Origin: Edaphobacter aggregans
GTDB lineage: Bacteria; Acidobacteriota; Terriglobia; Terriglobales; Acidobacteriaceae
Direction: 5' to 3'
Assembly: GCF_003945235.1 (NCBI RefSeq)
Contig: NZ_RSDW01000001.1
Location: forward strand, 5,400,001 to 5,432,000
Length of the DNA: 32,000 bases
Both the position numbers and the translations under genes were made by a program. The notes under the pieces are model-generated. The model was not told where the DNA came from. It ran no database searches and saw only the letters and a list, made by a program, of their open reading frames with translations. Of the stretch, positions 1 to 6,701 are shown piece after piece. The first letter of the stretch is position 1. Every line of letters starts with the position of its first letter.

Positions 1-248
1 TGCACCTATATCTCAATTACGCCCGCGAACATTGGATGAAGGCGGGAGAGAATCCTCCGGTTGGACTCATCCTCTGCGCAGAAAAGGGAGCGGCGGAAGC
101 CCACTATGCTCTCGATAACCTGCCGAACAAGGTGCTTGCTGCCGAGTATCAAACCGTGCTCCCGGACGAGAAGCTCATTGCGGATGAACTGGAAAGATCA
201 CGCTCACACCTTGAAGAACGGCGTCTAAGGTTGAATCAGGAACATTGA
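1..248 (+). CDS. PDDEXK-family nuclease, YhcG/DUF1016-like, C-terminal fragment (5' end lies outside the window)
   Basis: The frame is open from the window edge (codon phase starts at nt 3: HLYLNYAREHW MKAGENPPVGLILCAEKGAAEAHYALDNLPNKVLAAEYQTVLPDEKL...) to the stop at 246-248. This C-terminal motif string matches my recollection of YhcG/DUF1016 proteins. The listed ATG at 36 is probably internal. Confidence 0.6.
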   Translation, partial: HLYLNYAREHWMKAGENPPVGLILCAEKGAAEAHYALDNLPNKVLAAEYQTVLPDEKLIADELERSRSHLEERRLRLNQEH

Positions 249-357
249 CTTCCCGTTTTGTTGAATTTGGCCGCAAGCTGTCGCCAAATTGAGTCCTCTC
301 GTTGAGAGCAGTAAGCCGCGGTCAGACCTACTCGACGCCAATGCGCTGTGCTCTCGA

Positions 358-380
358 CAAGTACGACAGAGAGGTACTTG
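358..380. promoter_or_regulatory. Perfect inverted repeat CAAGTAC-N9-GTACTTG upstream of imuA. It could be a repressor (LexA-type) operator or a weak terminator of the upstream gene.
   Basis: Read directly: CAAGTAC (358-364), spacer gacagagag, GTACTTG (374-380). It lies 140 nt upstream of the imuA ATG and 110 nt downstream of the yhcG-like stop. No T-tract follows it. Confidence 0.25.
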
Positions 381-492
381 GAAGCCTTTTCATGCCCTCG
401 TCAAAAATATTTCTCCTTTTACACCAATTACTTAGCTGATGGCCTGCACTGCTCTCAGGGCAGTAGCAGTTGACGTCCACAGGTAGGCATAG

Positions 493-510
493 GCGAATAT
501 AAAGCGAATA
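493..510 (+). repeat. Tandem direct repeat GCGAATA-N4-GCGAATA (11-bp period) immediately upstream of the imuA start; possible operator
   Basis: GCGAATA occurs at 493-499 and 504-510, which reads as GAAT-N7-GAAT. The spacing is the same as the alphaproteobacterial direct-repeat LexA box GAAC-N7-GAAC. A TTGACG hexamer sits at 470-475. Confidence 0.15.
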
Positions 511-519
511 CTTACCTTT

Positions 520-1554
520 ATGCCCGCCACCTCCACAATCCGGACCCAGATCGAAGTAGCGCTTGCCCATAAGATTCCGTCCGCACTGACTCCGGCACCA
601 AAGATGATCCGGCCGATGGCAGAAACTGGCATTAAATCCCTGGACAATCTCCTGCAAGGCGGCTTACCCATTGGGGCCGTAAGCGAGTTGGTCGGGCCAG
701 AGTGTTCAGGTCGGACAGACATCGCTCTTTCGTTTGTGGCGCACCTGACTCAGGCATCCAAGGTCTGCGCCTGGATCGACGCTTCGAATAACTTTGACCC
801 AGTGTCCGCCGCTGCGGCGGGAGTAGATCTTGCGCGGCTCTTATGGGTCCGCTGCGGTGCAGTGCGGGAGACAGTGAAACCACCGACACGCAACTTCGTT
901 TTACCAGACAAGTACCTCGTTCCACGTCCCGCAAAGCAAGGATTGCACGGTGGAGGATTTGGTTCGCATCCTCGTGGCGAGGCAAAGGGGTTGTCCGGTG
1001 CCGTGAGTGGTCTGCTCAATCCACAATCCTTCGCGCCGCGCTGTGCGGAGCCGCAACTCAGGCTGAGAGAAGAAAATCCGAGCTTTATCGCAAGCGATGA
1101 ACCAGCAGTCGTCGCTTCTCGACGTTATTCTCCTACCTCTAAACCATGGGCACGCATTGAACAGGCATTGGGAACTGCAGACCTGCTTTTACAGGGCGGC
1201 GGCTTTAGTGCAGTCGTGCTGGATATGGCGAGTCTCGCCCCGGAGTTTGTCTCACGCATCCAGCTCTCGACCTGGTTTCGCTATCGAGCGGCAGCGGAGC
1301 GAACGCAATCCAGCGTTCTTCTCCTCACGCAGTATGCGTGTGCAAAGAGTAGCGCCGAATTACTTCTTCACCTCCAGCCTGCAGAAGCTATCGGCGATGA
1401 AATCACTGTATTTACAGGGATACAAGCTCATATTGAGGTAACGCGGCGACGTTTCGCGCCGAACACAAGCAATGTTGTTCCATTGCGTAAGCCACCGCAG
1501 AACGTCAGCGGAGCTACATGGCAGTGTCGAACCGCATGGTCAGGTGCGCGATGA
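520..1554 (+). CDS. imuA: ImuA-like RecA-fold protein, first gene of the imuA-imuB-dnaE2 mutagenesis cassette
   Basis: A 344-aa ORF with a RecA/SulA-like segment SLDNLLQGGLPIGAVSELVGPECSGRTDIALSF (degenerate Walker A) and a later GGGFSAVVLD strand. Its stop overlaps the imuB start (ATGA at 1551-1554). The position directly 5' of imuB/dnaE2 is the canonical cassette order. Confidence 0.7.
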   Translation: MPATSTIRTQIEVALAHKIPSALTPAPKMIRPMAETGIKSLDNLLQGGLPIGAVSELVGPECSGRTDIALSFVAHLTQASKVCAWIDASNNFDPVSAAAAGVDLARLLWVRCGAVRETVKPPTRNFVLPDKYLVPRPAKQGLHGGGFGSHPRGEAKGLSGAVSGLLNPQSFAPRCAEPQLRLREENPSFIASDEPAVVASRRYSPTSKPWARIEQALGTADLLLQGGGFSAVVLDMASLAPEFVSRIQLSTWFRYRAAAERTQSSVLLLTQYACAKSSAELLLHLQPAEAIGDEITVFTGIQAHIEVTRRRFAPNTSNVVPLRKPPQNVSGATWQCRTAWSGAR

Positions 1555-3065
1555 CAAAGCCAACGGAACTCTATGCGTGTCTATATACGAAAGAATTTCC
1601 GGCGCAATCGCTATTACGGCTTCGCCCAGAGCTGCACAGTAAGCCTTGTGTGGTCATGGAGGGGGAAGCACCATCGCAATCTGTCTGCTCTCTGAATACA
1701 AAGGCGCGGCTCGCGGGCTTGGCTCGCGGCATGACCCGAGTGGAAGTCGAGACGTTCTCGGAGCCGGTAGTTCTGTCGCGTTCGGTTCAAGCGGAGACGG
1801 TCACAAGGTCGATACTCCTCGAATGCGCAGGTGCGTTTTCACCGAGGATAGAAGATCACAGGTCAGATACAGCTCTGCTCTGCGGTATCGACATCGCCGG
1901 CACAAAGAGTTTGTTCGGGCCCCCTGAACTGCTGGCGCAAAGCCTGCTCCAGCGCGTTAGGTCGCTCGGCATATCTGCGCGGGTCATTGTCAGCGACAAC
2001 TTTCATACAGCAGTCTGTATCGCAAAAGGTCCGATGGCACGCTCTGCTATTCAGATCATTCCTTCACAGAGTAAGACCGAAGCCTTATCCGGCCTGCCAT
2101 TGTCGGTTCTCGATCTCACGGATACGCAGGCAGAAACGTTCGCTCTATGGGGTATTCGAACGTTGGGTAATCTGGCATCTCTTCCCGAGAAAGAGCTGAT
2201 CGCTCGTATGGGACAGGATGGCAAACGTCTCCGGCAACTGGCACGCGGTGAACATCCTCATCTTTTCCAGCCTGCACAGGCGCCATTCACCCTCGACGAG
2301 CAGATGGAACTGGATGCGCCTGTCGATCTGCTCGATTCATTGCTCTTTATCGTGAACATGATGGTGGATCAGCTTATTCTGCGAGCGAAGGCGCGTATCC
2401 TCGCGCTGGCTTCCTTGACGATCACGCTTACGCTGGATGGTGCCGGATCGCATACCAGAACCGTCCGGCCTGCATTGCCGACAACAGACAAGCAACTCTG
2501 GATCAAGCTGCTTCACCTCGATCTGCAGGCGCATCCACCCTCTACTTCCATCCTTGCTGTTGCGCTGCACGCAGAGCCAGGGAGCACCAGCAAGATCCAG
2601 CTTGGGCTGTTCTCCCCACAACTCCCGGAGGCAAGCCGGCTGGACGTGACGCTTGCTCGCATCCGGGCCATTGTCGGCGAAAACAATGTAGGCTGCGCTG
2701 TACTTCAGGATTCTCATGCGTTGGAAAGTTTCCGCATGGAGCCATTCAGCGTGCTTTCCGGCGAATCCGCTACAGCCGCTTCTTCGCAGCCGCGAGCCTC
2801 AATGCGTATTCTTCGGCCATCTGAAGCCGCTTCCGTCACCTTACAGAACGGGCGACCGTCGATATTCTTCTTTCGCGAACGCCGCTATGCCGTTGAACAC
2901 GGCTATGGGCCGTGGGTCGTTGGCGGTGATTGGTGGGCGCAGACGCTCTGGGGCTGCGAGCAATGGGATCTGGTAGCACGATCGCAGGATGGTTCTCTGC
3001 TTTGCTGCTGCATGATGCGTGATCTTCTCGAAAACAAATGGCAGATGGCGGCGCTCTATGATTGA
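1551..3065 (+). CDS. imuB: ImuB, Y-family-polymerase-like inactive accessory subunit
   Basis: I prefer the ATG at 1551 (MTKPTELYACLYTKEFPAQSLL...) over the listed 1518 because it forms an ATGA overlap with the imuA stop and gives about 504 aa. The fold flavour is Y-family, but the N-terminal motif lacks the D-x-D/FFASVE acidic residues (compare dinB in this window: HIDMDAFYASVEQ). Its stop overlaps the dnaE2 start. Confidence 0.85.
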   Translation: MTKPTELYACLYTKEFPAQSLLRLRPELHSKPCVVMEGEAPSQSVCSLNTKARLAGLARGMTRVEVETFSEPVVLSRSVQAETVTRSILLECAGAFSPRIEDHRSDTALLCGIDIAGTKSLFGPPELLAQSLLQRVRSLGISARVIVSDNFHTAVCIAKGPMARSAIQIIPSQSKTEALSGLPLSVLDLTDTQAETFALWGIRTLGNLASLPEKELIARMGQDGKRLRQLARGEHPHLFQPAQAPFTLDEQMELDAPVDLLDSLLFIVNMMVDQLILRAKARILALASLTITLTLDGAGSHTRTVRPALPTTDKQLWIKLLHLDLQAHPPSTSILAVALHAEPGSTSKIQLGLFSPQLPEASRLDVTLARIRAIVGENNVGCAVLQDSHALESFRMEPFSVLSGESATAASSQPRASMRILRPSEAASVTLQNGRPSIFFFRERRYAVEHGYGPWVVGGDWWAQTLWGCEQWDLVARSQDGSLLCCCMMRDLLENKWQMAALYD

Positions 3066-6000
3066 TCGCTACGTGGAACTCCATGCTGCCAGCGCATTCA
3101 GCTTCCTGGAGGGTGCGTCCGAACCCGAAAAGCTTGTAGAGCGCGCCTTCGAGCTGGGAATGCCCGCGATGGCTCTGCTGGACCGTAATGGGGTGTACGG
3201 CTCCGCACGATTCCATACCAGTGCAAAGCGCAATGAAGTACGCGCGCATATCGGAGCTGAAGTTGCCGTCTCCTCACTCGGCTCGCGACTCACGCCTCCG
3301 GCGTGGTTGCCGTATCAACACATTACCGAGCCTGCCCGTCTTCCACTGCTCTGTGAAACTCGCGAGGGCTATCAGAATCTCTGCCGGCTCATCACGCGAT
3401 TCAAAATGCGGGAGACGAAAAAACAAGAAGGAGCGGCCATCTTTGATGATCTGGAGAGACATGCTTCTGGGCTGGTATGTCTGACAGGCGGGGACGAAGG
3501 CCCACTAGCAGCAGCTCTAATGCGCGGTGGTGAGCGAGCCGGAAGCGAGACGGTCGAGCGGCTTGTGCGCATCTTCGGACAAAACAACGTCTATGTCGAA
3601 TTGCAGCGTCACTGTGAACGCGAAGAAGAGTGGCGCAATCAAGCTGCTATTCGCATTGCCCGGTCACTTCAACTGCCGGTGCTGGCGACGAATGGCGTTC
3701 GCTATGCCATCCGGTATGACAAAGAGATTCTGGATGTCTTTACGGCTATTCGGTATCACACAGAACTCGATAGAGCCGGACGTCTTCTGTCTCTCAATAA
3801 CCGCCGTCATCTCCGGACGGCGAAAGAAATGAATGCTCTCTTTCGTGACGTGCCCAATGCCACGGAGAACACGGTAGAACTCTCGTCGCGTCTGAAGTTT
3901 GAGTTGGATGATCTTGGATACGAGTTTCCCAGCTATCCGGTGCCCGACGGCGAAACAATGGATAGCTTCCTGCGAAAGCGCGTTACTGAAGGCGTGCAGC
4001 GGCGGTATGGTCCCAAGAACAATCGAGACCTCTACAAACGCGCGGAGAAGCAGGTTGAGCGCGAGCTAGCATTGATCGAGAAGTTAGGTTTTGCGGGATA
4101 TTTCCTCATCGTGTGGGATGTTGTGCAGTTCTGCAAACGCAACGGCATTCTGATTCAGGGGCGGGGAAGTGCGGCTAATTCGGCGGTCTGCTATGCCCTC
4201 GAAATCACCATTGTTGATCCGGTTGGTATGGACTTGCTCTTCGAGAGGTTTCTGAGTGAGAGCAGGAATGAGTGGCCGGACATCGATCTCGATCTGCCTT
4301 CAGAGGATAAGCGTGAGCAGGCCATCCAGTATGTCTACAGACGCTACGGCGAACTCGGCGCTGCAATGACTGCGAACGTAATCACCTATCGCGCGAAGTC
4401 CGCGACGAGGGAAGTCGGAAAGGTCATGGGTCTTGATCCGGATTCTCTGGATAAGATGTCCGGGGGTGTAGGCAATTGGGAGTGGCGCGGACCAAACGAC
4501 ACAATGGCGCACTCCTACAAGAGTGCTGGATTCGATCTAAGTAACTCCCGGATTGCCAAGACCCTGGAAGTAGCCATGCGTATTCAGGGACTGCCTCGTC
4601 ACCTTGGACAACATAGCGGTGGCATGGTGATCTGTCAGGGCCAGCTCGATCAGGTTGTGCCGTTGGAACGAGCGTCCATGCCGGGTCGCACTGTCATCCA
4701 ATGGGACAAAGAGGACTGTGCAGACATGCACATCATCAAGGTCGATCTGCTTGGCCTGGGCATGATGGCTGTTCTCGCAGGTTGCCTCGATTTGGTTCCT
4801 GAATTCTATGGTGACAGAATCGATCTCGCGCAACTGCCGGAAGATGACGATGTCTATCGGACCATTCAACGTGCCGACACCATCGGCATGTTTCAAATCG
4901 AAAGCCGTGCGCAGATGGCTTCGTTGCCGAAGCATCGGCCCCGGAGCCGATATTGCATCACAAAGCAAGTCGCTCTGATCCGGCCAGGACCGATTCACGG
5001 GGATATGACCCATCCATATTTAGAACGGCGAATGGGAAGGCAGCCTGTAACGTACCCGCATCCTTCCCTCAAACCAGTTCTGGAACGCACCTTGGGTGTG
5101 CCGCTCTTCCAAGAGCAACTGCTCAAGATGGCGATGATTGCAGGCAATTTCAGTGGTGCCGATGCGGACGAGTTGCGCCGCGCGGTAGGGATGAAACGTT
5201 CCTGGGAACGAATGAAGAATCTCGAAGGTAAACTCCGAGCCGGGATGACGGAGAACGGTATTGATCCCAAATCGCAGGATCAGATTGTCAAGAACATTAG
5301 CTCCTTCGCCCTCTATGGCTTCCCGGAATCTCATGCCGCATCCTTTGGTGAGCTTGCCTACGATTCGGCTTACATCAAAGTGAAGTACCCGGAAGCCTTC
5401 CTCTGTGCGATCTTGAATAATCAGCCGATGGGATTCTACTCTGCCGCCACGCTTGTGAAGGACGCCCAACGCCACGGCGTTCATGTCAGATCCATCGACG
5501 TACAGACCTCGAACTGGCAATGCACTATTGAGCGAGGAGAGCACGAAAAGCTCTCCGTTCGTATCGGTCTCGGCTATGTGAAAAATCTGACCAAACGATC
5601 AGCCGAAGCGCTGGTAGCAGTTCGCGAAGCTGATGGTCCCTTCCGCTCTGCCGAGGATCTTACTCAGCGCGTTCCGTCTCTCACTCGACATGAACTGGCC
5701 CGACTAGCTGGGGTAGGAGCACTGAATAACCTCGAGGGAATCGAACATCGTCGCGATGCAATCTGGCAGGTAGAGCGAGCAGGCAAATTGGAGGGTCCGC
5801 TGTTTCGACAGAACAGTGATGTGCTGCGCGATGATGACGCGAGTTTGCCCCTCCAGCAGATGAGCACAGAAGAGAGATTAGTCGCCGATTACGCCGGTAC
5901 CAGTCTTACCATCGGCAAGCATCCGATGGCGTACCGCCGGGAAGCGCTTCGTAAGCAGAATGTACTTTCCTCCAACGATCTACAAAATCGTCGCCATGGA

Positions 6001-6276
6001 GATTTTGTACTCATAGCTGGTTGTGTCGCAGCCCGGCAACGTCCAGGAACTGCCAACGGAATTACCTTCATGTCGCTTGAGGATGAAGAGGGGCTCGCCA
6101 ACCTCATCATCATGGTCGATGTTTACGAAAGAAATCGATCAACAGTCATCCGCAGCAAGTTCGTTCTCGCGGGCGGCGTCCTACAGGTTCACGACGACGT
6201 CATCCATGTAAAAGCGGCATGGCTGAGGCCGCTTTCCGATCAGGCGCTGGAGGTGCAATCACATGACTTCCACTAA
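3058..6276 (+). CDS. dnaE2: Error-prone DNA polymerase III alpha-type subunit DnaE2 (ImuC)
   Basis: PHP N-terminus YVELHAASAFSFLEGAS, then GFAGYFLIVWDVV, RGSAANSAVCYALEIT, WPDIDLDLPS, HSGGMVI, FQIESRAQM, LIRPGP, FPESHAASF and a C-terminal OB-like region. I chose the ATG at 3058 (MIDRYVELH) because it overlaps the imuB stop as ATGATTGA; this gives 1072 aa. Confidence 0.95.
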   Translation: MIDRYVELHAASAFSFLEGASEPEKLVERAFELGMPAMALLDRNGVYGSARFHTSAKRNEVRAHIGAEVAVSSLGSRLTPPAWLPYQHITEPARLPLLCETREGYQNLCRLITRFKMRETKKQEGAAIFDDLERHASGLVCLTGGDEGPLAAALMRGGERAGSETVERLVRIFGQNNVYVELQRHCEREEEWRNQAAIRIARSLQLPVLATNGVRYAIRYDKEILDVFTAIRYHTELDRAGRLLSLNNRRHLRTAKEMNALFRDVPNATENTVELSSRLKFELDDLGYEFPSYPVPDGETMDSFLRKRVTEGVQRRYGPKNNRDLYKRAEKQVERELALIEKLGFAGYFLIVWDVVQFCKRNGILIQGRGSAANSAVCYALEITIVDPVGMDLLFERFLSESRNEWPDIDLDLPSEDKREQAIQYVYRRYGELGAAMTANVITYRAKSATREVGKVMGLDPDSLDKMSGGVGNWEWRGPNDTMAHSYKSAGFDLSNSRIAKTLEVAMRIQGLPRHLGQHSGGMVICQGQLDQVVPLERASMPGRTVIQWDKEDCADMHIIKVDLLGLGMMAVLAGCLDLVPEFYGDRIDLAQLPEDDDVYRTIQRADTIGMFQIESRAQMASLPKHRPRSRYCITKQVALIRPGPIHGDMTHPYLERRMGRQPVTYPHPSLKPVLERTLGVPLFQEQLLKMAMIAGNFSGADADELRRAVGMKRSWERMKNLEGKLRAGMTENGIDPKSQDQIVKNISSFALYGFPESHAASFGELAYDSAYIKVKYPEAFLCAILNNQPMGFYSAATLVKDAQRHGVHVRSIDVQTSNWQCTIERGEHEKLSVRIGLGYVKNLTKRSAEALVAVREADGPFRSAEDLTQRVPSLTRHELARLAGVGALNNLEGIEHRRDAIWQVERAGKLEGPLFRQNSDVLRDDDASLPLQQMSTEERLVADYAGTSLTIGKHPMAYRREALRKQNVLSSNDLQNRRHGDFVLIAGCVAARQRPGTANGITFMSLEDEEGLANLIIMVDVYERNRSTVIRSKFVLAGGVLQVHDDVIHVKAAWLRPLSDQALEVQSHDFH

Positions 6277-6556
6277 TCCTGCCGGACACGTCGGCGGGTA
6301 TCGGCGTGAAGTGGACTTTCAGAAATTAGGTCCAGCTTTGATAATCGCGTCTAGTCTGGTGCTCGCCATCCGAACGGCCCGCTGGCCTCCGACGCACAGC
6401 GACGGACTTGCAAATATGGAATGGGAAAAGGAAGTTGAGCACAGCGTTCGCATCGCGAAGATTGTTCTTTCGCATGTAATCGCACGTTGTCCAGAGATGT
6501 TTCAGATGAAGGACGTGCCCTGGTATGTCGCGACGGACGACGAAATACCAAAGTAG
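6263..6556 (+). CDS. Hypothetical small membrane protein (97 aa), translationally coupled to the dnaE2 3' end
   Basis: The ATG at 6263 is preceded by GGAGG (6250-6254) and overlaps the dnaE2 stop (6274-6276) by 14 nt. It has one hydrophobic helix (GPALIIASSLVLAI). I recognise no family. Confidence 0.4.
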   Translation: MTSTNPAGHVGGYRREVDFQKLGPALIIASSLVLAIRTARWPPTHSDGLANMEWEKEVEHSVRIAKIVLSHVIARCPEMFQMKDVPWYVATDDEIPK

Positions 6557-6701
6557 CATTGACTGCAACTTTTATGATGGCAACGGTTAACCTGACCTTG
6601 ATTAATGAGCTCTTGATGCTGACGATGGATAAGGCCGCACTGGGGTCTTCGCATATACTTCTTTCACGAGTCAGACGACAGAACAGTGAGCCAAATCAAA
6701 C

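Noticed and set aside
328-722. Minus-strand ORFs 328..657 (109 aa) and 432..722 (96 aa) in and over the imuA upstream region
   Set aside because: They overlap each other and the imuA 5' end. They are Cys/Arg/Gly-rich with no recognisable motif, which is typical of antisense shadow ORFs in GC-rich DNA.
1518-3057. Longer listed starts for imuB (1518) and dnaE2 (3019)
   Set aside because: The extensions add non-conserved N-termini (MAVSNRMVRCA..., MIFSKTNGRWRRS...). The internal ATGs at 1551 and 3058 give canonical N-termini and stop/start overlaps.
4537-5544. Antisense ORFs 4537..5013 (158 aa) and 5020..5544 (174 aa) inside dnaE2
   Set aside because: They lie fully within a confidently identified polymerase gene on the opposite strand and have no motif content. 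They are shadow ORFs.
6557-6701. Possible promoter hexamers (TTGATT-N17-GACGAT; TATACT at about 6652) and a GGTTAACC palindrome upstream of the giant gene
   Set aside because: No combination gives both a good -35 and a good -10 at proper spacing. I could not support a promoter call from sequence alone.
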